Notes: generated from the letters alone by a model not told the origin. Positions 19,335-29,494 are shown, numbered from the stretch's first letter. The stretch: DNA of 64,000 bases from Candidatus Chloroheliaceae bacterium (GCA_013390945.1 JACAUC010000003.1:5274-69273), one strand, 5' to 3'. A program made the numbers and translations.

Positions 19335-20990
19335 TTGATAAGGATAAAAGCCATGCAACAGGAGTTACTGTTAGGCGATTTGACCCGGCAAGGACTGTTA
19401 ATTTATCCTTCCCGTACTGCCCTGCTCTGGCGTGACCAAGAGCTAACCTATTTAGGACTTAATAGTTCAATTGATACAGTAGCGGCTGGTTTACGTCAAT
19501 TGGGAGTGCAACGTGGTGATAGGGTGGCTCTCTATCTTCACAACTTGCCCCAGTTCATTCAAACTTTTTATGCGCTGGCCCGATTGGGTGCTATTGCCGT
19601 ACCTATTAACCTTCACTGGAAGGGACGCGACTTACACTATTTACTCTCCAACGTGGATGTGAGCGGTGTAGTTACTATTACCCCGCTGTGGCCGCGCCTT
19701 AAAGAGATTCGTCCAGCCCTTCCCAACCTAAAATGGGTAGTGGCAATCAATGCCCGCGACCCTCAACCAGACGATACAATTAGCTGGGAAGAGCTAACGG
19801 GTGATTTGTTGTCCGACTCGGTCTATGTGCGTGGCCTAGAAGGGCTTGACCCGGTGGTGATTGCTTATAGTGCCGGGATGGATGGGCCACCTAAACCCGC
19901 CATGCTTAGCCATTTCAATCTGTTGGCAAATTGTGAGCAAATCGAAGATATGGAGCAGGCTCAGTTATATCCCGCGCTGGTGAAAGACTACCGCACGGGC
20001 TTAGAAGGTGCCTTGACCCATTTCGAGGTGGCCTTGTTAACCTCGCCTCTTTCTGACTTATTTAGTCTGAATATTGGCTTGAACCTGACTATGAAATTGG
20101 GCGGTACTGCCGTGCTAATGGAGCGCTTTGATCCTGATACCGCTCTGAACTTGATCGAACTGCACAAATGTACGCTGCTCTTTGGCTCGCCCCGTATCTT
20201 TGCCGAACTGGTGGCTTCACCGCGCTTTGGCAAGGTGGATCTGAGTAGCCTCAAATATGGTTTTTCCTATGGAGGCTCTCTTCCGGCCTATATTAGCCAA
20301 GCTTTTTACCGGCGTACTGGTAAGCCGCTTTTTGCCGCTTATGGTGCGGTGGAAGCGTCACCTGTAATTACTTGTACTGCGGCAGGACCTTTAACTACGC
20401 CCGACCCTGCCAGTCGCTCAGTCAACCAGAATGTGGGCTATCCGCTCGGAATAGTCCAAGCGATGGTAGTTGATCGGCAAGGCAATAATCTAGTCTCTGG
20501 TCAGACCGGACAATTAGTGGTGCAGGGACCTAACATTGCTTTGGGCTATTATGATCCAGCTAGTCCAGAACAGCCCCTTCCGGTGGGCAAAGAAGGCTGG
20601 TTTATCACCGGGGATATGGCCCAAGTCGAGACCGACGGTAACATACTCCTTGTGGATCGCAAAGAGGATGTCTTATCGGCCCAAGGCCGCACGGTCTTTC
20701 CGTACCAAATTGAGCAGGCATTACTACTTCATTCGGGGGTAAAAGAAGCCGCCGCCTTAGCAGTGCAGGATCGTTATGGCAGCCATATGGTAGCTTTTAT
20801 TATCCCAACTGCGTCGCCCTCAAATCAAATGGAGGCCGATTTGCTGCTTCATTGTCGCCAGCAGTTGCCCGCTCCGGTCTGTCCCCAACGTATCTATATT
20901 TACAACGATGCACCAGAATTGCCGCGCCTGCCCGATGGCCGAATCTGGCGCAGACCGCTCCGTAAGATTGCTAGTCAAAAGTTAGAATAG
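19335..20990 (+). CDS. AMP-dependent synthetase/ligase (acyl-CoA synthetase-like, ANL superfamily)
   Basis: 551 aa with ANL layout. The AMP-binding P-loop is degenerate (IAYSAGMDGPPKPAMLSH). Other elements: YGAVEA, a GWFITGDMA hinge and a C-terminal subdomain. The track start is TTG at 19335; an ATG at 19353 is the alternative. Confidence 0.7.
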   Translation: MIRIKAMQQELLLGDLTRQGLLIYPSRTALLWRDQELTYLGLNSSIDTVAAGLRQLGVQRGDRVALYLHNLPQFIQTFYALARLGAIAVPINLHWKGRDLHYLLSNVDVSGVVTITPLWPRLKEIRPALPNLKWVVAINARDPQPDDTISWEELTGDLLSDSVYVRGLEGLDPVVIAYSAGMDGPPKPAMLSHFNLLANCEQIEDMEQAQLYPALVKDYRTGLEGALTHFEVALLTSPLSDLFSLNIGLNLTMKLGGTAVLMERFDPDTALNLIELHKCTLLFGSPRIFAELVASPRFGKVDLSSLKYGFSYGGSLPAYISQAFYRRTGKPLFAAYGAVEASPVITCTAAGPLTTPDPASRSVNQNVGYPLGIVQAMVVDRQGNNLVSGQTGQLVVQGPNIALGYYDPASPEQPLPVGKEGWFITGDMAQVETDGNILLVDRKEDVLSAQGRTVFPYQIEQALLLHSGVKEAAALAVQDRYGSHMVAFIIPTASPSNQMEADLLLHCRQQLPAPVCPQRIYIYNDAPELPRLPDGRIWRRPLRKIASQKLE

Positions 20991-21067
20991 TTCGCAAAAA
21001 GTAAGTAGGAAACTACTTGGTCAGTTGACCTGTTAAAATGAAAAGTTAGAATAAGGAGTTTAACTAG

Positions 21068-21607
21068 ATGACACCCTACGGTGCCCCACTTCATCCTATC
21101 TTAATCCATTTTCCCATTGTGCTGTTGATTACAGCCGTGGTACTTGGTTTCGTAGCCAGTTTACCAAAATTGCACCAGTTTCGGATAATCGAGCTTGTTT
21201 TATTGTGTATCGGCGGCATTGCGGCCATCATCGCCAAAGAAGCAGGTGAGCAGAGTGAACATGCGTTCAGGGAGGCCATTCATCGTTCATCCACTTCTGC
21301 CGATGTCTTTAATACTCACTCTAAGCTTGCCACTGGCGTGATCTTAGTCTTTGGCCTGATTACCTTGCTTCGGCTAGGCACTTGGGCTTGGCAAGTTTGG
21401 AAGCAACGCCAAGAACTGCTCTCCAAAAAAAGCCAGCCCCTTCAACTTTTGGCAGGGGTAATTCTTCACTCCCAGACCGTACCGCTCGTGATACTGATCA
21501 TTTATCTATTGGGTGGTTTGGTGGGTGTTGGTTTGCTTACAGCGACTGGTTACTATGGCGGTGAACTGGTTTATACCTACGGTGTGGGTATTAGTGCTAA
21601 ACCTTAA
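21068..21607 (+). CDS. DUF2231-like membrane protein
   Basis: 179 aa with the LHPILIHFPIVLL motif and four TM helices. Confidence 0.55.
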   Translation: MTPYGAPLHPILIHFPIVLLITAVVLGFVASLPKLHQFRIIELVLLCIGGIAAIIAKEAGEQSEHAFREAIHRSSTSADVFNTHSKLATGVILVFGLITLLRLGTWAWQVWKQRQELLSKKSQPLQLLAGVILHSQTVPLVILIIYLLGGLVGVGLLTATGYYGGELVYTYGVGISAKP

Positions 21608-21709
21608 ATAAGATGCAATGTCGGGATTGGAAATCCCTCCTACAGGTGGGAAGGTTTTAGCCAAAAGAGGCTGGTTGATTTCAACAGATCAACCAGCCTC
21701 TTTGCTAAA

Positions 21710-23518
21710 TTACATCATAATTTGGGGTAGCACTTTTAAAACCATTTGAGGTGTTACCTCAGATAGGTTGTTACTACGTGTTTCACGCACCGCAGCATTG
21801 CGGAGCTTGTCCGAGGCCGATATACGCGCCACCCAAGGTACTTTTTCGATTAGCTGGTCAAAAACCGCTTTGGCATCGGCACTCCAAGGGAAACCGGAAA
21901 CCTCGTCTAAGTCTGCTGAAGGTTTGGCGGTTGGGGTAGTGGCTGCCGGAGGGCCACCCGCTTGGGAAGCTACCGACTCAGACCTTCCAGCCGCCGTACC
22001 GCGCCGTTCTCTGGGCAACACATCAAAGAGAACATCGAATAGAGCATTGGTAATAGTCTGCATCAGATAGACCGCTCCACGATAGCCCATATAGGGCGTA
22101 CCCACTGAGCGAGTGATAAGCGGAATCGGCAGCGAAGCAGGCAGGAATTTGGCGGGGATATTAGCTTCCGCGATGTAAATCCGCTCGTTCATACTCCCCA
22201 TTACAAAAGTAGGGCGTTCCTTTGCTAGGTGATTGCGTAGCATATAGTTATTGGTGTCGTTAGAACGTTGGCGACTGATAACGGTGCCAACTGCCAGACC
22301 TAGTTCTTCACCTAAAAATTGTTTTAAGCCCTGAGCATAGCTTTCATTGGCAATAATCGCCACTTTGCAGGTACTATAGAAATCTTGGGGAGCGCCTAGC
22401 CAAATGTCCCAGAGGGGTAGCAAGGTCTCCTTTTTCTCTTTCTTGACGAAAGCTTTGGCCTGCTCCTCTGTACCCATCAAACGGCCAAGCTCCAAAATAA
22501 ATTTAGTGGTTCCCTGCATACCAAACGGGGCAAAGAGGTAGGGTTTACCAAGTTCTTTCGCTAGTGTTTCGCCAAACTCGCGGTACATTACCACATTGAC
22601 CGCACTTTCGTCTAGGCGATCCATGTCAGCGTAAGCTGCCTCAAAGGGGAAGACAAAATGTAGCTCACCACCGGCACCCCGCACCAACCGCTTGAGTTCG
22701 TGTAGGTCGGCGTAACTGTTGAAACAGGAGTAGCTAGGGCCAATAATATTGATGGTAGTGGGTGATTTAACCGAAACTTCTTTTTGGCCTTCTGGCCGTT
22801 TCTTGCGCTCTTGATAGAGCCAAAGTAAAGCGGCATCTCGGCCCTGCCATTCGTCTTCTTCAAAGGCATGGCTGGTGAAGTAAAGTGCGTCGGGATGCTT
22901 GTGCTGAAGGCTCCTCACATGGTCGGCCCCAATCAATTCGCTTTCTTGGCTACTGACCACAATCAATTGCTTCTTGTGGCCTTTGGCGGCTTCACGGGCT
23001 TTAATGCGGCGTACTGCGTCTAATACTTTACGGGTAGTGCCATCAAGGGTTACTTCGATTTCGGTAATATTGCTGCTGGCAAGGTTTTCCAGTTCGGGTA
23101 ACGCATCGGTGTAGTTGATAGTAGCGGTGGCAGGCAGGCTATAACAGCCCACTGGGGCATCTACTATCATCTCTACGTCTTTGATACAGGTTAGGGCAAA
23201 AACCGCGCCCCAGTAGCCATTAGAGACGGGTGTATCGAGCGGGATATTGGGAGCTTTGAGACCTTCTTCGCCAAAGACATTCTCCGCCATTCGCCGAATG
23301 CGTTCGCGTTCGCTGGTTTCGCCATCTAGCTTTGCCACATTCCTTCTGCGGGTAAAACCATTTTGGATACTTGATTCAAAGCCGATTTCATCATCCAGTC
23401 CACTACTGGCTCTCTTTGATCTTTGATTACTTGGGGTTGCCAATTTTGGTGGTAGGCTTCCGAAATCCTCGTCGGCCAAAGGGTCAAAATCGGTGCTAAA
23501 CGTGTCACTTTTAGGCAT
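21710..23518 (-). CDS. bchZ: chlorophyllide a reductase subunit Z, with a ~105-aa N-terminal extension
   Basis: BchZ core: NGYWGAVFALTCIKDVEMIVDAPVGCYSLP. C-terminal PCP-reductase-type domain: FPWSADAKAVFDQLIEKVPWVARISASDKLRNAAV. It follows bchX-bchY. I place the start at the MPKSDTF ATG (23518). The track ORF runs to 23623 through the bchY stop. Confidence 0.85.
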   Translation of the reverse strand: MPKSDTFSTDFDPLADEDFGSLPPKLATPSNQRSKRASSGLDDEIGFESSIQNGFTRRRNVAKLDGETSERERIRRMAENVFGEEGLKAPNIPLDTPVSNGYWGAVFALTCIKDVEMIVDAPVGCYSLPATATINYTDALPELENLASSNITEIEVTLDGTTRKVLDAVRRIKAREAAKGHKKQLIVVSSQESELIGADHVRSLQHKHPDALYFTSHAFEEDEWQGRDAALLWLYQERKKRPEGQKEVSVKSPTTINIIGPSYSCFNSYADLHELKRLVRGAGGELHFVFPFEAAYADMDRLDESAVNVVMYREFGETLAKELGKPYLFAPFGMQGTTKFILELGRLMGTEEQAKAFVKKEKKETLLPLWDIWLGAPQDFYSTCKVAIIANESYAQGLKQFLGEELGLAVGTVISRQRSNDTNNYMLRNHLAKERPTFVMGSMNERIYIAEANIPAKFLPASLPIPLITRSVGTPYMGYRGAVYLMQTITNALFDVLFDVLPRERRGTAAGRSESVASQAGGPPAATTPTAKPSADLDEVSGFPWSADAKAVFDQLIEKVPWVARISASDKLRNAAVRETRSNNLSEVTPQMVLKVLPQIMM

Positions 23519-23619
23519 GAGTGAGAGTTGCCTTTCTTTTGTCGGGTGTTGGGTGTTAGGTGTCGGGTGTCGGGAATTATCCAGCACCTGATACCCGATA
23601 CCCCACCCCTGATACCTAA

Positions 23620-24966
23620 TCAAATTCCTACTTTTAAGGGTTCACGTACATGGTCATCGTCATCTACATCGGCAAAGAAGTCGCGCATATTCCGGTAAGT
23701 GTTGAGTTGGCTCAAAATTAGCTTCATTTGGTCTACCAGAGGACGCACACCTGCGGCCAGCAGAATTGGTCGGCCAGCTACAATATTAGTGTAGTAGACT
23801 GCTGGGATACCGCGCCGTTTAGCTACCGCTTCTATATTGCTGGAACCGACTACAAGGTCGGGAGCCATTTCGTCTAGGGCTTCAAGGTCATCTTCATGGC
23901 GCTTGCGGAAGAGTAGCGGAATATTCCGTCTCCGTAGCCAAGCTGCATCATCTTTAGTCCCCGGCCCCTCCTTAATGCTAGTGGAGACATAACAGACTTT
24001 GGCCCCAGCCTCGTGCATCAGACGGGCGAAGAGTAATTCGCTACCCTCATAACCCGCAATCATAATCTTGACTCCATCGAGCCGATTCTGGTCTAATTCA
24101 TCGGCTACCTTTTGAGCCTCCTCATCGGCGATAGCCTCGATTTCAGGGTTGGGCAATTGCATCAATAGTCCCAAGTTCTTTAACCAACTATAGGTGCCTT
24201 CTGCGCCTACCGGGGCACTGTAGAGTGGCTGCACACCAAATGAGTTTAATTCTTTGACAGTGCGGTCGTAGAAGGGGTGGAGCATTGCTGCCACTTTTGC
24301 TTTAGGCGCGTCATAGTAGGCCGAAATATCCTTATGGGGCAGGGCAGTGCGTAACCGCACTCCCATTCGAGAAACGGCGACACCTAATTGCACCGGGTCA
24401 GTTGGAAAGACTTCGCCAATGACCGCGAGACCATCTAGTTGTCCGTCGCTGGTCTTGCCCTCTGCCGCCATATTTTCGCCGACCCGCTTGATAATTTGGC
24501 TGATTGCTACATCTTTGGCCTCGGCGTGGGTGGGTACGCCATAAGCGGGAACTCGCATCGGTATAATTTCGGTGCGCCCTAACTTCCTAGGCAAAAGCTC
24601 AAGGTGGAGGCCGCTGGTCTCCGGGGTGCAGAGCGACATAACCGCAATCATCTGCGGGTTTTCGTGTTCCACCACCTCTTTGATTATGCCAATTACCTTA
24701 TCCGTCAGGTCGGTCTCCACCAGTTCGCGGGTGGTCAGTGAAGGTGAGACAATCGGTTTGTTGGAAGCATAGAAGTGGGAGACAAAATCTAGCCCGTAGA
24801 GGCAACCTACCGCTCCTACCAATACCGGCACCAAGCCCTCAATACGCATGGTTACTCGCAGCGAGCCAAAAGCTGGACACATGGTGGCACTGTGCATACT
24901 ACATTCGCTGCTCTCTTTAGGGGTTAGGTTAATGCTGCGCCCACTCTTTAATTCTTCGCTAGGCAT
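23620..24966 (-). CDS. bchY: chlorophyllide a reductase subunit Y
   Basis: MHSATMCPAFGSLRVTMRIEG ... VPAYGVPTHAEAKDV matches the BchY signature. The ATG at 24966 overlaps the bchX stop by 8 nt (ctATGcctag), consistent with translational coupling. Confidence 0.85.
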   Translation of the reverse strand: MPSEELKSGRSINLTPKESSECSMHSATMCPAFGSLRVTMRIEGLVPVLVGAVGCLYGLDFVSHFYASNKPIVSPSLTTRELVETDLTDKVIGIIKEVVEHENPQMIAVMSLCTPETSGLHLELLPRKLGRTEIIPMRVPAYGVPTHAEAKDVAISQIIKRVGENMAAEGKTSDGQLDGLAVIGEVFPTDPVQLGVAVSRMGVRLRTALPHKDISAYYDAPKAKVAAMLHPFYDRTVKELNSFGVQPLYSAPVGAEGTYSWLKNLGLLMQLPNPEIEAIADEEAQKVADELDQNRLDGVKIMIAGYEGSELLFARLMHEAGAKVCYVSTSIKEGPGTKDDAAWLRRRNIPLLFRKRHEDDLEALDEMAPDLVVGSSNIEAVAKRRGIPAVYYTNIVAGRPILLAAGVRPLVDQMKLILSQLNTYRNMRDFFADVDDDDHVREPLKVGI

Positions 24967-25837
24967 AGACCAGTTCCTCCGTGCTACGCCTGCTCCTAAG
25001 TTCATCCGGCGTGGCGCGGCGTAACCGTCCCCGCGTCTTCTGCTGGAACATGCGGTAAAATTCCTCAAAATCGAGTGGATTCGGGATGACGGATTCGGTT
25101 TGATCCATATTAGCAATAAACTTATCCATTGCCTCCCGCATTTCGGGAATTTCCATTACTTCAAAGGCATCTTTCATCATTACCGCCTCTGGTACAAATG
25201 GCATATTGGCTAGGATCGGAATACCGGTTTGGGCGGTGTAAGACTTAGCTACGCCCGTACCATCATCTTTATTGAGGATTAGGCCCAAGACGCGGCTTTC
25301 GCTTCCCTCCTCGGCGTAGTGCGCTACGGCCCGGCTAACATTGTTTGCCACGTAAAGCGATTGTTGGTCATTACCGGCCACAATCACAATCTCACGGGCG
25401 ATGGAACGGGCAAAGCTCATTCCAAAGCCACCACAAACCACGTCGCCTAAGAAGTCCAGCAGTACCACATCAAAGTCCCAGCTAAAGAGTCCCAGCTTTG
25501 AGAGGGTGTCAAAGCCGAGGACGATACCCTTACCGCCACAGCCCCGTCCGGTCTCCGGCCCGCCTAACTCCGCCGCGTAGACTCCGTTGCGTTCAAAGAT
25601 CACATCGCTGGCCGTTAGGTTTTCATCCTCACCATTTTCGTGGAATTCGCGCCAGACTTCTAGGATAGTAGGCAGTAAGACTCCCTTAAAGAGGGTTGCA
25701 GTCGAGTCGTGTTTGGGGTCACAACCAATTTGCAAGACACGTTTGCCTTGCTGAACTAGCCGGACACTTAGGCAACTGCTCAAGAAACTCTTGCCACTAC
25801 CACCCTTGCCGTAGATGGCAATTACTCTCTGGCCCAT
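24959..25837 (-). CDS. bchX: chlorophyllide a reductase iron protein
   Basis: IAIYGKGGSGKSF, GGPETGRGCGGKGI, VLLDFLGDVVCGGFG, NDQQSLYVANNV and NKDDGTG are BchX-type blocks, not BchL or NifH. The next two genes are BchY and BchZ. Confidence 0.9.
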   Translation of the reverse strand: MGQRVIAIYGKGGSGKSFLSSCLSVRLVQQGKRVLQIGCDPKHDSTATLFKGVLLPTILEVWREFHENGEDENLTASDVIFERNGVYAAELGGPETGRGCGGKGIVLGFDTLSKLGLFSWDFDVVLLDFLGDVVCGGFGMSFARSIAREIVIVAGNDQQSLYVANNVSRAVAHYAEEGSESRVLGLILNKDDGTGVAKSYTAQTGIPILANMPFVPEAVMMKDAFEVMEIPEMREAMDKFIANMDQTESVIPNPLDFEEFYRMFQQKTRGRLRRATPDELRSRRSTEELVYA

Positions 25838-26507
25838 AGACCTAGTTACCTTTCTATATCTTCTATATCTATATCTATATTGTCATACGTTATTGAAAGC
25901 ATAAGTTTTAGGTGTATCAAAGCTGTAGGGTTGTGGCAAAAGGAGACTGCAACCTAAGTGGTGGCATAGAAAATACCATCTACCATATTTTGAAGAGTTA
26001 TTGCACTTTACAACAGCCCTAACCAATGCCGTCAGAAACCACCTTGGATTCTGTTACCAAGTAGGTATAGTAGAACCTAGGGGCATCTATTTTCTGGCAT
26101 TTCTGACAAATGAACAAACGGTCTTTGCTCTTATAAGGAAAGGTAACATAGGGGTTAGGGGTGGTAAGTATTAAATGCTACAAAAATTTTGCCATTATGG
26201 AAATGGCTTTGGGCTAATTCCACATTCTTAAATTAATATTTATTCATACTGGTTAGACCAAAACCAGCCAGATTGCGGTCTTGGAGCCTTAAGAGCTTTG
26301 AAAAGGTTCTGAATTTAATAAAAATACCTACCAATAGTCCTGATTAATCGCCTTTGGCGTAGGCTATAAGCCTTGAAACGGCACTGTGTTTGGTAGGCTT
26401 GGGAGTTAAAACCAAACTCTTTAATTAAAATTTATATATGGCATTTAGCTCCTAAGCACCTAAGCTGTGGCGATTATGAATTTTTAATAAAGGTTGCTTT
26501 GCGCCTC

Positions 26508-26535
26508 TTGACATTTATGAAAAGTCTGTTATCAT
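26508..26535 (+). promoter_or_regulatory. candidate sigma-70 promoter (TTGACA-N16-TGtTATCAT)
   Basis: TTGACA at 26508-26513 and an extended -10 TGtTATCAT ending at 26535. It lies ~470 nt upstream of the next ORF (27010), inside the long AT-rich spacer. Confidence 0.4.
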
Positions 26536-27009
26536 TGTAAATATAAGGGTTGTGTTATGTGAAATTAGTCAAACATTCAAGTTAAAGCCGTTCGCTATAA
26601 CATATCGGGTTTGTTACAGTTCTTCTCTTCTATAGATGAGCCTTAGTTGTATTTAGCCTAAAATGATATTAATTATCTTTTAGTCTTAACTCAAGGAACA
26701 ATCTATTATAGTTAGAAGAATTGCATTGAGATTCTAAAAGGCTTTTAATTGAGATTTATCTTTCAATATTAAATCCTTTAAGTAATTTCGCTCTGCTATA
26801 TGTTCAGAAAGATTAAATTCTCCTTATTCGAGTTTTCCTATCCATTATTTATTGGGGCTATAGTTTTTATTACTTCCATTTTTATTTTGTGGAAGGTTTG
26901 TTTATTATTATATTTGGGTCAAGTATGTTAGCTTTAAAGTGTAACCTGTTAGTTGTTTCTCTGTAGAGAGAACCATAAGGACCCTAGTATTTAAGAAGGT
27001 TGGTGCTAT

Positions 27010-28500
27010 ATGCAAAACCGTGAACTTGATAGATCCTTACTCAAGGCACTTTCCCTTGGGCCTGTGCCAAAGTTACAACCGCGAACTGTCTCGCTTCACT
27101 TTTCCGAGCGGAAGCTCTTATTGGTAGTTACTGATTTACTATTGGTCAATTTCGCACTATTAGTATCTTTTTTACTTCAGCCAGATCACAACTTCGTGGC
27201 AGATGATTTGCTGGATGATTTAGGGTTTAGGCTTCCTTGGTTCGTACTTCTCACCACTCTCTGGTTAATTAGCGGTATGCTTTTTAATCTTTACGATCTG
27301 AAACATGCGTCCAATTTATATTCTTCGGTAAAGGCTAGTTCGTTATCGGTAGTGATGACTTTAACGGTCTATATGGCGGTCTCCTTTATTATTTTGGCAA
27401 CGCCTAGCAATCTATTTGAAGCGTCTCTCTTCTTGGGGTTAACCCTAATAGGCGTTGTTTCGTGGCGCACATTCTACTCAAAGGTTTTGGCCCATCCCTC
27501 CTTCCAATCCAGAGTACTAGTAGTTGGGGCAGGCAAAGCTGGAAGCGAGTTAGCGAGTCTCTTTGCAGGCAAGGATAATGTACAGGGTAGCCCGATAGGG
27601 TACCAACTCTTAGGTTTTGTGGATAACGACAAGAGCAAGCAAGATGCTGTAATAGAGGGTGCTAAGGTCTTAGGAACCAACCTAGACTTGATTAGCCTAG
27701 TAGAAAGTTTGATACCTGACGAAATCATAGTAGCCATCACTAACAAGGAGACCATCGAACCAGAATTATTCGACGCTTTTATGCGTTGCCATGAGCTAGG
27801 TATTCGGCTTACTACCATGCCAGAGGTATTCGAGCGCATCACTGGACAGATCGCGATAGCTCATACCAAAGGTTTTATGGGTACTATTATACCTCTAACC
27901 TACCACCCGATGCAGCGTCTCTACCTAATACTCCATCGCGGGGTTGATCTTCTGGTTAGCTTGATCGGTTGCCTTCTTTTAGTAACAATTATACCTTTTA
28001 TCTGGGCCTCTAATCGCCTCTGGTCTCCTGGGCCTCTTTTCTACAAGCAGGAGCGCGTGGGCAAGAGTGGCAAGCATTTCTCAATCGTTAAGTTCCGCTC
28101 GATGAGAGTGGATGCCGAGAAGTTTGGTGCAGTATGGGCCACCGAAAAAGATCCCCGTATTACCAAAGTAGGCAACTTTCTGCGAAAGACCCGCTTAGAT
28201 GAGATTCCACAATTCTGGAATGTCTTGAAGGGGGAAATGAGCTTGATCGGCCCCCGACCAGAGCGTCCGCAGTTTGTTATGCAATTAGAGAAGAAGGTTC
28301 CTTTCTATCGCTTACGCCACGCCGTTAAACCCGGACTAACCGGTTGGGCGCAGGTTGAATATCGCTATACCTCTTGTATCGAAGACTCCTCGACCAAGTT
28401 GCAGTATGATCTCTACTATATCAAGCATCAGAGTCTCTTCTTGGATCTTAAGATCGTCTTCAGAACTATAAATGTGATACTTGGACTCAAAGGACGCTAA
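27010..28500 (+). CDS. polyprenyl-phosphate glycosyl-1-phosphate transferase (WbaP/EpsB-type bacterial sugar transferase)
   Basis: 496 aa with N-terminal TMs and a central Rossmann-like domain. The C-terminal catalytic block is LFYKQERVGKSGKHFSIVKFRSM ... DPRITKVGNFLRKTRLDEIPQFWNVLKGEMSLIGPRPERP. Confidence 0.9.
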   Translation: MQNRELDRSLLKALSLGPVPKLQPRTVSLHFSERKLLLVVTDLLLVNFALLVSFLLQPDHNFVADDLLDDLGFRLPWFVLLTTLWLISGMLFNLYDLKHASNLYSSVKASSLSVVMTLTVYMAVSFIILATPSNLFEASLFLGLTLIGVVSWRTFYSKVLAHPSFQSRVLVVGAGKAGSELASLFAGKDNVQGSPIGYQLLGFVDNDKSKQDAVIEGAKVLGTNLDLISLVESLIPDEIIVAITNKETIEPELFDAFMRCHELGIRLTTMPEVFERITGQIAIAHTKGFMGTIIPLTYHPMQRLYLILHRGVDLLVSLIGCLLLVTIIPFIWASNRLWSPGPLFYKQERVGKSGKHFSIVKFRSMRVDAEKFGAVWATEKDPRITKVGNFLRKTRLDEIPQFWNVLKGEMSLIGPRPERPQFVMQLEKKVPFYRLRHAVKPGLTGWAQVEYRYTSCIEDSSTKLQYDLYYIKHQSLFLDLKIVFRTINVILGLKGR

Positions 28501-28644
28501 TCTAAAGTTAAGTTAGTTCTTAGCTCTAAAGCTAGAAAACCTCGATGGCTAAAGGTCAGAGAGGTTTTTTGGTTTTATAGAATCCTCGCATCAGGATTAA
28601 AAATCCCTCGTGCAGGGAAAGATAAAAACTCTTCAAAAAACCTC

Positions 28645-28673
28645 TTGACAGCCCTACGTAACTATGCTATAAC
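28645..28673 (+). promoter_or_regulatory. sigma-70 type promoter (TTGACA-N17-TATAAC with TGc extension)
   Basis: TTGACA at 28645-28650, a 17-nt spacer and TGcTATAAC ending at 28673. It lies ~30 nt upstream of the MerR start. Confidence 0.55.
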
Positions 28674-28702
28674 AGTAGTGCGTAGTAGTGTTAAGAAGGG
28701 AG

Positions 28703-29392
28703 ATGGTGGTGGAGCGAATAAATTACAGTTTGAAAGAGTTGTGCCGCGCCTCCGGTGTAACCGAACGGACGGTACGCTATTATATAACTGAAGGCTTGTT
28801 GCCTCCCCCCAACGGAACTGGCCCTTTCAGTCGCTATGGTTACGAACATTGGTTGCGTCTAAAGTTTATCCTTCGCCTTAAAGAAGAATATTTGCCGCTA
28901 AACGAAATTAAAAGTTTGCTGGTAGATAAATCGGTAGCAGAACTGGAGACTCTGGCGCAAAGGAGTGGCCTCTTTGGTGAAATTTCAGCCGTTGGAGGTA
29001 AGGTTGGTAGCAAGGATGCACCCGAAAATGACGAAACTTTTCTCAATTTGTTGCGCTCCCAAACCTCGGCAGAGGCCCGCTTATTGCGCCAACAAATGAC
29101 CCCTTATACCACTGAATCTGGTGATTTACTGGAGGAAGGGGCAGAGGAAACGGATGACCTACAGACCGCACCCAAGAAAAAAGAGTATTCTAAAGCACCG
29201 TTCCTACGGGAAGAAGTTAGCCAAGTGACTTCTACTGCCCCACCTGAGCCGCTTCAGCCAATTAGCCAGAATTGGGAACGAATTATAGTGGCACCCGGAA
29301 TAGAATTACACGTTGAGAGCCATATCGCCAACCAGCACCGCCCTGCTCTCAATCTCCTGTTGAGAGAAATCCACCGCTTGCTAGGTAAATAA
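28703..29392 (+). CDS. MerR-family transcriptional regulator with a long acidic / low-complexity C-terminal region
   Basis: The MerR HTH is YSLKELCRASGVTERTVRYYITEGLLPPP. The preferred start is the ATG at 28703, after the aagaagggag RBS. The track ORF starts at 28688. Confidence 0.8.
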   Translation: MVVERINYSLKELCRASGVTERTVRYYITEGLLPPPNGTGPFSRYGYEHWLRLKFILRLKEEYLPLNEIKSLLVDKSVAELETLAQRSGLFGEISAVGGKVGSKDAPENDETFLNLLRSQTSAEARLLRQQMTPYTTESGDLLEEGAEETDDLQTAPKKKEYSKAPFLREEVSQVTSTAPPEPLQPISQNWERIIVAPGIELHVESHIANQHRPALNLLLREIHRLLGK

Positions 29393-29494
29393 TTACGGCA
29401 GGCGAAGGTTTTATCCAAACCTCTTCTAAAAGTTCAGACTTGTTTAGACAATTCGTGATTAGTTGATTCTAACCTCACGAAGAAAGGTTTTGCT

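Noticed and set aside
23519-25116. The long N-terminal extensions of track ORFs 21710-23623 (637 aa) and 23620-25116 (498 aa).
   Set aside because: The extensions overlap the upstream genes or the repeat-rich spacer and translate to low-complexity sequence. Internal ATGs at 23518 and 24966 give family-typical N-termini. The second is translationally coupled to bchX.
24959-25837. Possible call as BchL (DPOR iron protein) or NifH, because of CDPKHDST.
   Set aside because: The remaining blocks (GKSF, VLLDFLGDVVCGGFG, NDQQSLYVANNV, NKDDGTG) are BchX-type. The two downstream genes carry BchY (MCPAFGSLRV) and BchZ (GYWGAV) signatures rather than BchN/BchB.
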